In this document: positions 23,947-35,440 of the stretch, piece after piece
Position numbering within the stretch: the stretch's first letter is position 1
Layout: each line of letters opens with the position of its first letter
From: Mycobacterium sp.
Lineage (GTDB): Bacteria > Actinomycetota > Actinomycetes > Mycobacteriales > Mycobacteriaceae
Assembly: GCA_035552835.1 (NCBI GenBank)
Contig: DASZKQ010000475.1
Coordinates: forward strand, 1-35,440
DNA length: 35,440 nt
Direction of reading: 5' to 3'
Notes under the pieces: generated by a model
What the model saw: the letters and a program-made list of their open reading frames with translations, nothing else
What the model was told of the DNA's origin: nothing
Databases searched by the model: none
Made by a program: the position numbers and the translations under genes

Positions 23947-24300
23947 ATGACATGGCAACAACACCACGAGCGGATGGCCTTCATGGCCGACGTGATCGAT
24001 CGCGCCGCCGAGAACCCCGAGGCGGCACTTGATTTCAACGGCAGCATGCCCGACGTCGAGCGGCTGTTCGGCAGCGAGGAAGGCCTGTTGTTGTCGCTGC
24101 AGCAGCGCTGGGTGACGGCGCTGACGGCAAGGCTGGACGACGATATTCCCGGCGAACAAGCCCGTTCCGAGCTTGCCGCCCGCGAGCCGGGGCTACGGGC
24201 AGTGCTGGATGCGGCTGCGGGGCGTTCGCTATGGGTTCGCTCCGTGCAACGCGACGAGCAGCAGATCGTCGCGGCCTTTGGCAAGCAGACCGTTGCCTGA
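23947..24300 (+). CDS. Hypothetical 117-aa helical protein
   Basis: TAGCGT 7 nt before ATG 23947, GC-rich third positions, stop overlaps the TTG start of mmpL. Confidence 0.75.
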   Translation: MTWQQHHERMAFMADVIDRAAENPEAALDFNGSMPDVERLFGSEEGLLLSLQQRWVTALTARLDDDIPGEQARSELAAREPGLRAVLDAAAGRSLWVRSVQRDEQQIVAAFGKQTVA

Positions 24301-27160
24301 GCTGCTTGCGCCCACCGCCCGGTTCACCAGCTGCTACGCCGCACTGGTGGTACTGGGATGGATTGTGGTGGCCGCCGCGGGAAACCTGGCGGTTCCCCAG
24401 TTGGAGCGGGTCGTCGGCTCGCATGCCAGGTCGTTCATGCCCGCCGCGGCCGCCAGCGCTGTCGCGGCGAGGCGATCAGCTGAGCTGTTCGGCGACGCAT
24501 CCAGCAACAACCTCAACTACATTGTGCTGCAACGCGATCAGCCGCTACGGCGGGCCGACCGGCACTACTACGACAGTCTGGTCGCCGCGTTGCGTGCTGA
24601 CACCAAACACGTCTACTCGATCACCGACCTGTGGGCGGACCCGGTCACCGAATCGGCGGCGCAAAGCCGCGACGGCTGCGCGGCCGACCTCATGCTGCGG
24701 TTGTCGGGGATGTTGGGGACCTCGCAGGCCAGCGACGCCATCGCCGTCGTCCGCGACACGGCGGTTCGCCTCGGTCCGCCGCCGGGCTTACATGTGTACG
24801 TCACCGGGCCGGGCAGCACGCTCACCGACGAGTTCGCCGCGATCGATCACCAGATGCTGCTGATCACCGCGGCGACGGTGATGGTGATCATGCTGCTGTT
24901 GCTGATCGTCTACCGTTCGCCGGTGGCCGCGGCCATCCCGTTGATCTCGGTGGGCCTGGCGCTGGCCGTGGCCCGCCCACTGGTGGCGGCACTCGGCAAT
25001 CACGGACTGGTCGAGGTGTCGCTGTTCTCGGTCGCATTGGTTGCGGCGATGATCCTCGGCGCGGGAACCGATTACGCGATCTTTCTGATCGGTCGCTACC
25101 ACGAAGGCCGTCGACGCGGAACCGACCATGGCACCGCGCTGGTCGACGCCTATCGCGGGGTGGCGCCGGTGGTCATCGGCTCGGCGCTGACCATGGCCAC
25201 CGCGCTGGGGTGTTTGAGCCTGGCTCAGGTCGGTATGTTTCGTAGCACCGGAATACCTTGTGCGATAGGTGTTTTAGTCGGCATGTTGGCCGCCTTGACG
25301 CTGACCCCGGCATTGATCGGTTTGGCCAGCCGGCGCGGCAATCTGGAGCCCCGGCGATCGGTCATCGGCCGTCGTTGGCGGCGCCTCGGCGTGGTCGTCG
25401 CCCGCTGGCCGGGACCTGTGCTGGTGGCCAGCGGCGGGCTGATCATCATCTTGATCTTGCCGCTCATCGGTATGCGGACCGGCTGGAACGAACCAGCGGC
25501 AACCCCGGCGGGCACCGAATCCAACCTCGGCTACGTGGCCATGGATCGGCACTTTCCGGCGAACCGGCTGCTGCCTGACGTGGTAACGGTGCAAGCCGAC
25601 CACGATCTGCGCAACCCGGCAGGGTTGATCGCCGTCGAGCGGATCACCCGGCAGATCATGGCCATTCCCGGGGTTCGGATGGTGCAGTCGGCCAGCCGAC
25701 CGGCGGGCACGGTTCCCGAGGAAGCCACCCTGAGCAATCAGGCCGGGGTGCTCGGTCAGCAGTTCGGCGGCGATACAGACGGCCTGGTCCAACGATTGCG
25801 GCGCATCGGTGACCTGGACGCGACCTTGTCGCAGATGACCGCCGCGGTGGACCAGCTGAGCCGCGGGATGCAAGGAAGCGCCAGTGGCCTGCGTGAAGTA
25901 GGTTCTGGTGCTGACGATATGCGCGCCGGTATCGATGGCCTGCACCGCAATGTCGATGAGGTGTCGGGATATCTCGCCCCGCTGCGCAACCTCATCGACG
26001 CCACCCCGGATTGCGGGGCTAACGCGATCTGCTCGCTGGTGTCACGCGTCGTCGAACCCGTCGACAGCGTAGTGCGCAGCACAGGCGAGTTATCCACCGG
26101 CGCAGGCAAACTGACGACCGGCTCGGGTATCGTCACTACGGCGTTCGCCGGCCTGCCACCGACTCTGCAGTCGATGCGCGACGTGCTGGACCAGGCTAAG
26201 GCGGCGACTCACGACTTGCGCGGCGTCATCAATTCGATTGCGCCGCAGATGCGCCAGCTTTCGGACTACCTGCGGGAGATTGACGCGGGCTTCCGCGGCA
26301 GTGCCGCAAGCGGCTTCTACCTGCCCACCCGTGCGCTGTCCGACCCACGGTATCGGGAGGCGTTGAACGACTTGGTATCTCGGGATGGCCGCTCGACGTA
26401 TCTGGTGGTCTATGGCGAGGGCCAGGAATGGGGCGTCGACGGCGCACAGCGCACCCGCCAGATCCAGACCGCGGTCGCCGAGGCCACCAAGGAAGGGACC
26501 CTGACCCCGGTGTCGGTGGGCTTGGCCGGGGTCGGTCCGGCCACCCGCGACCTGCAGGGTCTTGTGCATGGCGACATCGTGCTGCTGGTGGCGACGACGC
26601 TGGCGCTGATTTTTCTGATCGTGGCGGTGATGCTGCGCAGCCCGGTAGCGGCGGTTGTAGTGGTCGGCACCGTCATCGTGTCTTACGCCTCTGCGCTGGG
26701 CGTCAGCGTGTTGATCAGCCGGCAGCTGTTCGGCCAACCACTGCACTGGGCCGTCGCGCCGATGGCGTTCATCGCGCTGGTCGCCGTCGGTGCCGACTAC
26801 AACCTGCTGTTGGCGATGCGGATCCGGGAGGAACTTCGGGCCGGGATCCGCACCGGCGTCATCCGCGCATTCGCCGGCACCGGTGGTGTGGTGACCTCCG
26901 CCGGCATCGTCTTCGGGATCACGATGTTCGCCTTGGCTGGCAGCACAGTGCTCAGCATCGAACAGGTCGGTATGACCGTCGGGATCGGGCTTCTGCTCGA
27001 CACCCTGATCGTCCGGACTTTCCTGATGCCGTCGCTGGTGGCGCTACTGGGACGCTGGTTCTGGTGGCCACGCCTGCCCGGCCGTCCACCCGGCCGGCGG
27101 TTCACTGCGACCTCAGCTAACTGGGCGACACGCCGAGTGGGGTCGGGCCTGTCGACGTGA
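24293..27160 (+). CDS. mmpL: MmpL-family RND transporter
   Basis: Two TM clusters with proton-relay motifs GAGTDYAIFL and AVGADYNLLL, a long helical insertion in the second loop, and LLGRWFWWP at the end. Start TTG 24293 is inferred. Confidence 0.92.
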   Translation: MPELLAPTARFTSCYAALVVLGWIVVAAAGNLAVPQLERVVGSHARSFMPAAAASAVAARRSAELFGDASSNNLNYIVLQRDQPLRRADRHYYDSLVAALRADTKHVYSITDLWADPVTESAAQSRDGCAADLMLRLSGMLGTSQASDAIAVVRDTAVRLGPPPGLHVYVTGPGSTLTDEFAAIDHQMLLITAATVMVIMLLLLIVYRSPVAAAIPLISVGLALAVARPLVAALGNHGLVEVSLFSVALVAAMILGAGTDYAIFLIGRYHEGRRRGTDHGTALVDAYRGVAPVVIGSALTMATALGCLSLAQVGMFRSTGIPCAIGVLVGMLAALTLTPALIGLASRRGNLEPRRSVIGRRWRRLGVVVARWPGPVLVASGGLIIILILPLIGMRTGWNEPAATPAGTESNLGYVAMDRHFPANRLLPDVVTVQADHDLRNPAGLIAVERITRQIMAIPGVRMVQSASRPAGTVPEEATLSNQAGVLGQQFGGDTDGLVQRLRRIGDLDATLSQMTAAVDQLSRGMQGSASGLREVGSGADDMRAGIDGLHRNVDEVSGYLAPLRNLIDATPDCGANAICSLVSRVVEPVDSVVRSTGELSTGAGKLTTGSGIVTTAFAGLPPTLQSMRDVLDQAKAATHDLRGVINSIAPQMRQLSDYLREIDAGFRGSAASGFYLPTRALSDPRYREALNDLVSRDGRSTYLVVYGEGQEWGVDGAQRTRQIQTAVAEATKEGTLTPVSVGLAGVGPATRDLQGLVHGDIVLLVATTLALIFLIVAVMLRSPVAAVVVVGTVIVSYASALGVSVLISRQLFGQPLHWAVAPMAFIALVAVGADYNLLLAMRIREELRAGIRTGVIRAFAGTGGVVTSAGIVFGITMFALAGSTVLSIEQVGMTVGIGLLLDTLIVRTFLMPSLVALLGRWFWWPRLPGRPPGRRFTATSANWATRRVGSGLST

Positions 27161-27180
27161 CCTGGGCTTACGGTATGAAT

Positions 27181-27981
27181 GTGCTGGATCTGGAACCGCG
27201 GGGCCCGCTACCGCCGGAGATCTATTGGCGACGCAGGGGATTGGCGGTGGGCATTGCGGTCGTCGTGGTCGGCATTGTGATCGCAATTATCGTCGCCGTG
27301 CTGAGCAACAGTGCCGGCGCCCACACCACCGGCGGCAAGTCTGGCGCTGCGGCCGCGCAGCAGCCCCCGGCCGCAGCCGGAGCCGCCCCAGAGGTCAAGA
27401 GCCCGGTGGTGCCGCCGGCGGGACAGAACTCCGACCAGCCGGGCGAGACGCCGACGGCAGCCGTGCAGCCACCGCCGGTGCTCAAGGAAGGCGACGACTG
27501 CCCCGATTCCACGCTGGCAGTTCTGGGTCTGACCAACGCGCCCCAGTACTTCATCGGCGACCAGCCGAAATTCGCGATGGTGGTGACCAATATCGGGCTG
27601 GTGGCCTGCAAGCGTGACGTCGGCGCGGCCGTGCTGGCGGCCTACGTCTACTCGCTGGACAACAAGCGGCTGTGGTCCAACCTGGACTGTGCGCCCTCCA
27701 ACGAGACACTGGTCAAGACGTTCGCGCCGGGCGAGCAGGTGACTACCGCCGTGACCTGGACCGGCATGGGGTCTGCTCCGCACTGTCCGCTGCCACGGCC
27801 GCCGATAGGACCCGGTACCTACAACCTTGTCGTGCAGCTGGGAAACCTGCGCTCGGCCGCAATCCCGTTCGTCCTGGCGCCGCCGCCACCACCGGGCGCC
27901 GTACCTCCGCAGGCGCCTGGAATGCCCGGCCCGGCGGCGGTCGGGCCGCCGCCTGGTCCGCCGCCTCGCCCCGGCGGCTAA
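27181..27981 (+). CDS. Conserved membrane protein (Rv3587c-like)
   Basis: [19 protein letters not shown], a single TM, Cys-containing extracytoplasmic domain (LWSNLDC, GPGTY). TACGGT lies 6 nt before GTG 27181. Confidence 0.88.
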   Translation: MLDLEPRGPLPPEIYWRRRGLAVGIAVVVVGIVIAIIVAVLSNSAGAHTTGGKSGAAAAQQPPAAAGAAPEVKSPVVPPAGQNSDQPGETPTAAVQPPPVLKEGDDCPDSTLAVLGLTNAPQYFIGDQPKFAMVVTNIGLVACKRDVGAAVLAAYVYSLDNKRLWSNLDCAPSNETLVKTFAPGEQVTTAVTWTGMGSAPHCPLPRPPIGPGTYNLVVQLGNLRSAAIPFVLAPPPPPGAVPPQAPGMPGPAAVGPPPGPPPRPGG

Positions 27982-29090
27982 CCGAGCGGGTCGGCGATGG
28001 TCGACTCGGCCAGATGCGAGAGCCCCTCGCGAACCTGCCGTGCCCAGATCGCACCGATCCCCTCGACCGCCTCCAGATCGCTGGCACTGGCCGCTAGCAG
28101 ACCCTGCAACGACCCGAACTCGCGGACCAGCCGGTCGGCGTGAGCGAACTGCAGCCGGGGGATACCGGCCATCGCGCGATAACCGCGTGAGTTCATCGCC
28201 GAGTCTTGGGCCTCATCCGTCGGCGGATATCCGAAAACCTTTGCCAGCGCGGTGAAGTCGATTAACTCGGTGTCGGACAGGTTATCCAGCTCGTCGAGGA
28301 TTGCCTCGACCTCCTCCTTGGACAACGGTTCGGGGTTGGCGTGGTAGTCGCGCACGATCAGCTCTCGCGCGATGTCGTTGCCGCCGAGCAATTCCTCCAG
28401 CTGAAGCCGCAGCTGACGACCATCGGTGCCCAGCTCGACGGCGTCGTAGTCGATCACCAGACCGATCCGGCGGACCAGCTCGAGTCGCTGCACGACGGTC
28501 ATCACATCGCGCAGCGTGACGAAGTCCTCGATCTCGGCCCGTGACAGTTGTCCGCTGACCTCGTCGAGCCGGGTCTTATACCGTTCCAGCGTGGCGAGGG
28601 CCTGGTTGGCTCTCGACAAGATAGTCGCCGAATCGGCCAGCACGTGGCGTTCGCCGCCGAGGTAGACGGTCACGATGCTCATCGAATGGCTGACCGAGAT
28701 CACTGGGTAGCCGGTCTGGATGGCGGCCCGCTCGGCCGAGCGGTGCCGGGTCCCGGACTCGTCGGTGGGTATCGACGGGTCCGGCACCAGCTGCACGTTG
28801 GCCCGCAGGATCCGGCTGCCGTCGGTGGACAGCACCACCGCACCGTCCATCTTGCACAGCTCCCGCAACCTGGTCGGCGCATACCGCACGTCGAGAGAGA
28901 AGCCACCGTCGCAGATCGTCTCCACGCTGTCGTCGCATCCGAGGACTATCAGAGCACCGGTCCGGCCGCGCAGGATGCGTTCCAGGCCGTCGCGCAGTGC
29001 GGTTCCCGGCGCCAGCCGTGCGACGGCCTCGCGCAGGGTGGGACGCGGCGCCGGCAGGGCGCCGATTGTCGTTACTTTGCCAGCAGTCAT
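27978..29090 (-). CDS. disA: DNA integrity scanning diadenylate cyclase DisA
   Basis: DGA and RHR catalytic motifs ([16 protein letters not shown]), C-terminal HhH; directly downstream of radA. Confidence 0.97.
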   Translation of the reverse strand: MTAGKVTTIGALPAPRPTLREAVARLAPGTALRDGLERILRGRTGALIVLGCDDSVETICDGGFSLDVRYAPTRLRELCKMDGAVVLSTDGSRILRANVQLVPDPSIPTDESGTRHRSAERAAIQTGYPVISVSHSMSIVTVYLGGERHVLADSATILSRANQALATLERYKTRLDEVSGQLSRAEIEDFVTLRDVMTVVQRLELVRRIGLVIDYDAVELGTDGRQLRLQLEELLGGNDIARELIVRDYHANPEPLSKEEVEAILDELDNLSDTELIDFTALAKVFGYPPTDEAQDSAMNSRGYRAMAGIPRLQFAHADRLVREFGSLQGLLAASASDLEAVEGIGAIWARQVREGLSHLAESTIADPLG

Positions 29091-29096
29091 TGCCAG

Positions 29097-30512
29097 TCAT
29101 TCTGCGCTATTGTCCAGTCGTCGTGGTGAGGTTGGTGCGTTGGCGCGGTGCTCGGCGATATTGAGCATGTGCTCTAGCGCGGCGACGATGTTGGCCGCCT
29201 CCAGCGCCTGCAAGCCCGTTGGCACCGCATCACAGCCCGGCGGTATCAGCGCGGTGGTGAACCCCTGCCGGGCGGCTTCGGCCAGCCGACGCTCCATGCC
29301 GCTAACCCGTCGCAGATCGCCCGCCAAACCGACTTCACCGATCATCACCGCGGTGGCCGGTAACGGCAGGTTGACGTACGCCGAAGCCAGCGCGATCGCG
29401 ACCGCCAGATCCGATGACGGATCGGTCAGCCGCATACCGCCCACGGTGGACAGGTAGACGTCGTTAACCGCGATCTTGAGGCGGGCGTGTTTTTCCAGCA
29501 CCGCGGCGATCATCGCCGCCCGGGCGTGGTCGATCCCGCTGACGGCGCGTCGCGGCGAGCCGCCCGAGGGCGTTGCCAGCAACGCCTGAACTTCGCCGAT
29601 CAAAGGTCGCTTACCGTCCAGGGTCGCCGTGATGGCGGTCCCCGCGACGGGCTGCGGCCGCTGGTCCAGAAAAAGCCCGGATGGGTCGGCGACACCCTCA
29701 ATCCCGTTGTCTTGCAATAGAAAACAACCGACTTCATCGGCTGCGCCGAATCGATTCTTGACACCGCGGACCATCCGCAGCAGCGAGTTGCGGTCACCCT
29801 CGAAATGCAGCACGACGTCGACCAGGTGTTCCAGCGAGCGGGGCCCGGCGATGGCCCCGTCCTTGGTGACATGGCCGACGAGGATCAGCGGCACACCGGT
29901 CGTCTTCGCTGCGGCGGTCAGCGCGGTGGTCACCGCGCGCACCTGGGTGACACCGCCGGCCACGCCGTCGGCGTCAGTGCTGGACATGGTCTGCACCGAG
30001 TCGATGACGACCAGCGTGGGCTGCACGGCGTCGATGTGGCTCAGCACCGCCTGTAGGTCGGACTCGGCGGCCAGGTAAAGCTCGTGATGGCTGCAGCCGG
30101 TCCGGTCGGCGCGCATCCGGATCTGGCCCCGCGACTCCTCGCCGGAGACATACAAAGCGCGCTGCCCTGCCTCTGCCCATTGATGGGCGACCTTGAGCAG
30201 CAGCGTCGACTTGCCCACCCCCGGATCGCCGGCGAGCAGGGTGACCGAGCCCGGCACCACCCCGCCGCCCAGCACCCGGTCGAGCTCATCGATACCGGTG
30301 GGGCAATGACAGGTGCCGCGGGGTTCGATGGAACTGATCGGAACCGCAGCCGAAGAAGTGGCCACCGAGTGGCGGGTGGCGCTTCGGACAGCGCTGAGTA
30401 CCGCCACTTCGTCAACGGAGCCCCAGCTGCCGCACTCCAGGCAGCGCCCTACCCACTTGGCGGTGACGTGGCGACATTCCGAACAGCGGTACTGCGAACG
30501 TGCCTTGGCCAC
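29097..30512 (-). CDS. radA: DNA repair protein RadA/Sms
   Basis: C4 zinc finger, [14 protein letters not shown] and a Lon-like C-terminal domain (GEVGLAG). Confidence 0.97.
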   Translation of the reverse strand: MAKARSQYRCSECRHVTAKWVGRCLECGSWGSVDEVAVLSAVRSATRHSVATSSAAVPISSIEPRGTCHCPTGIDELDRVLGGGVVPGSVTLLAGDPGVGKSTLLLKVAHQWAEAGQRALYVSGEESRGQIRMRADRTGCSHHELYLAAESDLQAVLSHIDAVQPTLVVIDSVQTMSSTDADGVAGGVTQVRAVTTALTAAAKTTGVPLILVGHVTKDGAIAGPRSLEHLVDVVLHFEGDRNSLLRMVRGVKNRFGAADEVGCFLLQDNGIEGVADPSGLFLDQRPQPVAGTAITATLDGKRPLIGEVQALLATPSGGSPRRAVSGIDHARAAMIAAVLEKHARLKIAVNDVYLSTVGGMRLTDPSSDLAVAIALASAYVNLPLPATAVMIGEVGLAGDLRRVSGMERRLAEAARQGFTTALIPPGCDAVPTGLQALEAANIVAALEHMLNIAEHRANAPTSPRRLDNSAE

Positions 30513-30543
30513 CTGGTGACCGTATCCGGCAGCGCCGACAGAT

Positions 30544-31128
30544 CTAGGGATGCTCGGCCGATAACGGCGGACCCTCGGGCGCCGAAATCGGCACCGCCAG
30601 GCTCACGCTGCCAGCCTTCTCGAAATCGAAGGTGAAGTTGTAGTTCGGGCCGTTGGTGATCTGCTTTTCCAGTGCCACCGTCGCCTTGACGGTTTCGGCG
30701 GCCTCGACGGCGTCCACGGCCTTCCGGTTCTGCCCGCTTGGAGTGCCGACGAAAAGCGTCCCACCGGCGGGTAACGTGGGATTGCCGGTCACGGTCACCT
30801 TGCCGATATCGGTGGAGATGCCGACCAGCTTGTCGGCAACATCCGGCGACTGGTTGATGACAACAAGCACCAAGTCCACCGTTGCGCCCGGGCGCAGAAA
30901 GTCGGTGTTCTGTTGCGCCTGGATCCGGACATTGCGCAGCGCGACGTTCTTGATCACCGCCTGGTTCCCGTCGACGGCGGACTCCTGGCTGGCGGTCTGG
31001 GAGAGCTGACCGGCGCTGCAGCCGGCGAGCGCGACGGCGCCGATGAGGCCACCCGCCGCAAGGGCGGCGACCCTGGTTGCGCGGCGGTTCGAGCGGGGTT
31101 TCGAGTCGCGGTAGTCGAAGCGATTCAC
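30544..31128 (-). CDS. lpqE: Lipoprotein LpqE
   Basis: AGGAGG RBS, lipobox LAGC followed by [20 protein letters not shown]; position between radA and carD. Confidence 0.88.
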   Translation of the reverse strand: MNRFDYRDSKPRSNRRATRVAALAAGGLIGAVALAGCSAGQLSQTASQESAVDGNQAVIKNVALRNVRIQAQQNTDFLRPGATVDLVLVVINQSPDVADKLVGISTDIGKVTVTGNPTLPAGGTLFVGTPSGQNRKAVDAVEAAETVKATVALEKQITNGPNYNFTFDFEKAGSVSLAVPISAPEGPPLSAEHP

Positions 31129-31377
31129 TCAAAGCCTCCTGCTCGGCCGACTCATGGCACTGAATTCTTATGGCTCAACCTTCGACTATGCACAGTAGTA
31201 GGTCGATAAGACGGGCGGTAGCTGAGGTCTCAGAGCAGCGCAGTATGATCTTCTGCGTGCCGAACAGCGCAAACCTGGAGCCCTCCGGGGGGCGCCCATC
31301 GGGTTCCCGATAGGCCGGTGCCTTGCATGAATTTTCCCGTCTGTCAACCCCCTCTCTTCACGTGCGGTGGCCTCTGA

Positions 31378-31935
<558 letters not shown>

Positions 31936-31958
31936 ATCCCTGACGCGCAGGGGCCTGG

Positions 31959-32639
31959 GTGACGGACACAGTCGCGGTGGTCCCGGCCGCTGGCTCGGGT
32001 CAACGGCTGGCCGGCGGTGTGCCCAAGGCGTTCTTTCACCTTGACGGACGCACGCTGGTTGAACGCGCCGTCAGCGGCCTAATTGAGTCTGGTGTGGTCG
32101 ACCGCGTCGTGGTCGCGGTGCCGCCTGACCGCACCGGCCAGGCCAAATTGATCCTCGGCCGCGAGGCGACCGTCGTCGTTGGTGGGGCGAATCGCAGCGA
32201 GTCGGTGAGCCGGGCGTTGGCGGCGGTCGCAGACGCAGAACAACCCAACTTCGTGCTGGTCCACGATGCCGCGCGGGCGCTGACGCCGCCCGGGTTGGTG
32301 GTGCGTGTGGTTGAGGCGCTGCACTCCGGGCATTCGGCTGTCGTGCCTGCGCTGCCGCTTTCCGACACCGTCAAGGCCGTCGACGCCAACGGGGTGGTGT
32401 TGGGGACGCCGGAGCGGGCCAGCCTGCTAGCCGTGCAGACCCCGCAGGGATTCGCCACCGAACTGCTGCTGCGTGCATACCAGCGAGCCGCTGACCTTAC
32501 TGGGGCGGACTTCACCGACGACGCGTCCATGGTCGAGCACATCGGCGGTCAGGTACAGGTGGTCGACGGCGACCCGTTGGCCTTCAAGATCACCACTCGG
32601 TTGGACATCTTGCTGGCGCAAGCGATCGTGAAGCAGTGA
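31959..32639 (+). CDS. ispD: 2-C-methyl-D-erythritol 4-phosphate cytidylyltransferase
   Basis: [28 protein letters not shown] and KITT motifs. Confidence 0.96.
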   Translation: MTDTVAVVPAAGSGQRLAGGVPKAFFHLDGRTLVERAVSGLIESGVVDRVVVAVPPDRTGQAKLILGREATVVVGGANRSESVSRALAAVADAEQPNFVLVHDAARALTPPGLVVRVVEALHSGHSAVVPALPLSDTVKAVDANGVVLGTPERASLLAVQTPQGFATELLLRAYQRAADLTGADFTDDASMVEHIGGQVQVVDGDPLAFKITTRLDILLAQAIVKQ

Positions 32640-33121
32640 GCGTGCGGATAGGTCTGGGCACCGACGTGCACGCGATCGAAGCCGGTAGGCCGTGCTGGCT
32701 GATCGGTCTGCTGTTTCCCGACGCCGACGGGTGCGCCGGGCATTCCGACGGCGACGTTGCCGTGCACGCGTTGTGCGACGCGCTGCTCTCGGCGAGCGGA
32801 CTGGGCGACATCGGCGACGTGTTCGGTGTCGACGACCCACGCTGGGCCGGGGTCAGCGGGGTCGACATGCTGCGCCAGGTGGCCGACCTGGTCGCCGGGC
32901 AGGGCTACCGGGTCGGCAATGCGGCGGTGCAGGTCATCGGCAACCGTCCCAGAGTCGGCCCGCGCCGCGCCGAGGCGCAGCGAGTGTTGTCAGACCTGCT
33001 GGACGCGCCGGTGTCGGTGTCGGCCACCACCACCGACGGGCTGGGGCTGACCGGTCGCGGTGAGGGCCGGGCCGCGATCGCCACGGCTTTGCTGATCGAG
33101 ATCGAAGGAACCGCCGGCTAG
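32636..33121 (+). CDS. ispF: 2-C-methyl-D-erythritol 2,4-cyclodiphosphate synthase
   Basis: [23 protein letters not shown] and [15 protein letters not shown]. Confidence 0.96.
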   Translation: MSVRIGLGTDVHAIEAGRPCWLIGLLFPDADGCAGHSDGDVAVHALCDALLSASGLGDIGDVFGVDDPRWAGVSGVDMLRQVADLVAGQGYRVGNAAVQVIGNRPRVGPRRAEAQRVLSDLLDAPVSVSATTTDGLGLTGRGEGRAAIATALLIEIEGTAG

Positions 33122-33274
33122 TTGCCGCGATGACAAGGGTCTTTCGCATCCGGCTGATCGTTTCCCTCGTTCCGGAGAGCACATGCCGTATCCGGTGAGC
33201 TTTGTGAATCGAATCGACTCCGTGGCGCCCACGCTGGTCATCGGCACAGCTATGGCCCGGTAAGCTGGCACGTC

Positions 33275-34687
33275 GTGACCGATCGCGCCGACCTGCGGCT
33301 ATACGACACGGCAACCGGTGCCGTGCGTGATTTCGTTCCGCTGCGGCCCGGGCATGTCTCGATCTACCTGTGCGGCGCCACCGTGCAAGGTCTGCCGCAC
33401 ATCGGCCACGTACGCAGCGGCGTGGCGTTCGACATCCTGCGCCGCTGGCTGATGGCGCGGGGCTGCGACGTCGCATTCATCCGCAACGTCACCGACATCG
33501 ACGACAAAATCCTCAACAAGGCCGCCGCGGCGGGCCGGCCGTGGTGGGAATGGGCCGCCACCTACGAGCGGGCGTTTTCCGCCGCCTACGACGCCCTGGG
33601 CGTCTTGCCGCCGTCGGCCGAGCCGCGGGCCACCGGCCACATCACCCAGATGGTGGAGTTGATCGAGCGGCTGATTGAGACTGGCAACGCCTATACCGGC
33701 TGTGGCGATGTCTACTTCAACGTACTGAGCTACCCCGAATACGGCCAGCTGTCCGGACACAAGATCGACGACGTGCACCAAGGCGAGGGAGTGGCTACTG
33801 GCAAGCGTGATCAGCGCGACTTCACGCTGTGGAAGGGCGCCAAGCCCGGTGAGCCGTCGTGGCCCACGCCGTGGGGACGTGGACGTCCGGGCTGGCACAC
33901 CGAATGCGTGGCGATGGCACACGAATATCTGGGCGCTGAGTTCGATATCCATTGCGGCGGAATGGATTTAGTCTTCCCGCATCACGAGAACGAGATTGCT
34001 CAAAGCCGTGCTGCTGGCGACGGGTTCGCCCGCTACTGGTTGCACAATGGCTGGGTCACCATGGGTGGCGAGAAGATGAGCAAGTCGCTGGGCAACGTGT
34101 TGGCGATCCCGGCCATGTTGCAGCGTGTTCGGCCCGCCGAGCTGCGGTACTACCTCGGCAGCGCGCATTACCGCTCGATGCTGGAGTTCTCCGAGACCGC
34201 GTTACACGACGCGGTCAACGCCTACATGGGGATCGAAGACTTCCTGCACCGGGTGCGCAACCGGGTCGGTGCCATCGAACCGGGGCAGTGGACGCCGCAG
34301 TTCGCCGCAGCACTCAACGACGACCTGGCGGTGCCGGTCGCGCTCGCCGAGGTGCACCACGCCCGCGCGGAGGGCAACCGGGCACTTGACGCCGGTGACC
34401 ACGACGGCGCGATGGCCAACGCCGCCGCCATCCGCGCGATGATGGGCATTCTCGGCTGCGACCCGCTCGACGAACGCTGGGAGTCACACGACGAGACGTC
34501 GGCCGCGCTGGCAGCGGTCGACGTGCTGGTGCGCTCCGAGGTGCAGCGGCGCGAGCAGGCCCGCGAGCAGCGCGACTGGAAGTTGGCCGACGAGATCCGA
34601 GACCGGCTCAAGGACGCCGGTATCGAGGTCACCGACACTCCCGATGGCCCGCAGTGGTCGCTGGGTTCCCAAGCCGATGGCCGGTAA
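33275..34687 (+). CDS. cysS: Cysteine--tRNA ligase
   Basis: [28 protein letters not shown] and KMSKS. Confidence 0.98.
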   Translation: MTDRADLRLYDTATGAVRDFVPLRPGHVSIYLCGATVQGLPHIGHVRSGVAFDILRRWLMARGCDVAFIRNVTDIDDKILNKAAAAGRPWWEWAATYERAFSAAYDALGVLPPSAEPRATGHITQMVELIERLIETGNAYTGCGDVYFNVLSYPEYGQLSGHKIDDVHQGEGVATGKRDQRDFTLWKGAKPGEPSWPTPWGRGRPGWHTECVAMAHEYLGAEFDIHCGGMDLVFPHHENEIAQSRAAGDGFARYWLHNGWVTMGGEKMSKSLGNVLAIPAMLQRVRPAELRYYLGSAHYRSMLEFSETALHDAVNAYMGIEDFLHRVRNRVGAIEPGQWTPQFAAALNDDLAVPVALAEVHHARAEGNRALDAGDHDGAMANAAAIRAMMGILGCDPLDERWESHDETSAALAAVDVLVRSEVQRREQAREQRDWKLADEIRDRLKDAGIEVTDTPDGPQWSLGSQADGR

Positions 34688-35440
34688 TTCGCGGCGCCGC
34701 GGAGCGGTCCGCAAAGCCGGCACCAAGAAAGGGCCGACCGTCGGCTCCGGCGGCCAACGACGCCGCGGGCTAGAAGGCCGCGGCGCCACTCCGCCCGCGC
34801 ACATGCGGCCCTATCATCCGGCCGCCAAGCAGCTCAAAGCGCGGCAGCGCCGGCCCGCGCGCTCGCGCTTGGACGACAAGGTCGAAACGGTCCTGGGACG
34901 AAACCCGGTGTTGGAATGCCTGCGCGCGGGGGTTCCGGCGACCGCGCTCTACGTTGCGCTCGGAGCCCAGGCCGACGAGCGGCTCACCGAATCCGTCACG
35001 TTGGCAGCCGATTCCGGTATCGCGATCCTCGAAGTGCCGCGCACCGACCTGGATCGGATGACGACCAATGGCCTGCATCAAGGGATCGCTTTACAGGTGC
35101 CGCCCTACGAGTACCTCCATCCCGACGAGCTGCTTGAAGTAGCCTTGGATACCCCACCCGCATTGCTGGTCGCATTGGACAACATCTCCGATCCGCGCAA
35201 CCTGGGTGCGATCGTTCGGTCGGTCGCGGCGTTCGCTGGTCATGGGGTGTTGATCCCGCAGCGGCGCTCCGCCTCGGTGACAGCGGTGGCCTGGCGCACC
35301 AGCGCCGGCGCTGCTGCGCGGATTCCTATCGCGCGGGCGACCAATCTCAATCGGACACTGAAGGATTGGGCCGATCGCGGTCTGCAGCTAATCGGGCTGG
35401 ATGCCGACGGCGACACCGTCCTCGACGATTTGGACGCCGA
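34677..35440 (+). CDS. rlmB: 23S rRNA (guanosine-2'-O)-methyltransferase RlmB (SpoU/TrmH family), runs off the window
   Basis: Manual translation from ATG 34677: [19 protein letters not shown]...GRNPVLECL...HQGIAL...[16 protein letters not shown]. Confidence 0.92.
   Translation, partial: MAGNSRRRGAVRKAGTKKGPTVGSGGQRRRGLEGRGATPPAHMRPYHPAAKQLKARQRRPARSRLDDKVETVLGRNPVLECLRAGVPATALYVALGAQADERLTESVTLAADSGIAILEVPRTDLDRMTTNGLHQGIALQVPPYEYLHPDELLEVALDTPPALLVALDNISDPRNLGAIVRSVAAFAGHGVLIPQRRSASVTAVAWRTSAGAAARIPIARATNLNRTLKDWADRGLQLIGLDADGDTVLDDLDA

Noticed and set aside
23814-24284. N-terminal extension of the histidine kinase ORF to 558 aa
   Set aside because: It overlaps the divergent 117-aa gene and the promoter region. 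ATG 23813 has a well-placed -10.
21942-27160. Accessory block as a mobile element
   Set aside because: No integrase, transposase, terminal repeats or obvious GC shift. It could equally be ancestral and lost in other lineages.
27978-30512. DisA cyclase as a CBASS-like defence system
   Set aside because: radA-disA is a conserved housekeeping c-di-AMP locus, and no effector genes are adjacent.

Overview
High-GC Mycobacterium chromosomal segment syntenic with the M. tuberculosis Rv3618-Rv3579c region (synteny judged from recalled protein sequences and gene order, not from a search). Gene order: Zn-dependent dehydrogenase (partial), LLM monooxygenase and ephA on the minus strand, divergent from ftsH-folE-folP-folB-folK-DUF3180-Rv3604c-like-panG-panC-panD-coaX-lysS-lsr2-clpC1; then lpqF, mhuD, an alpha/beta hydrolase, mutY, canB, Rv3587c-like, disA, radA, lpqE, carD, ispD, ispF, cysS and rlmB (partial). 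Most of it is core housekeeping. The main accessory element is a ~5.2 kb block between canB and the Rv3587c homologue: a membrane histidine kinase and a NarL/LuxR response regulator broken by a 1-bp frameshift, divergent from a 117-aa hypothetical protein coupled to an MmpL (RND) transporter with no MmpS. Smaller observations: a MIRU-type coupled minicistron between folB and folK, a 17/18-identical promoter/start motif shared by lysS and cysS, a hairpin leader ahead of the pan operon, a ClgR box plus SigH/SigE-type promoter at clpC1, a REP-like palindrome, several candidate leaderless or bidirectional promoters, and no espACD or PE_PGRS genes at their M. tuberculosis positions. No rRNA, tRNA, CRISPR array or transposase was recognised.
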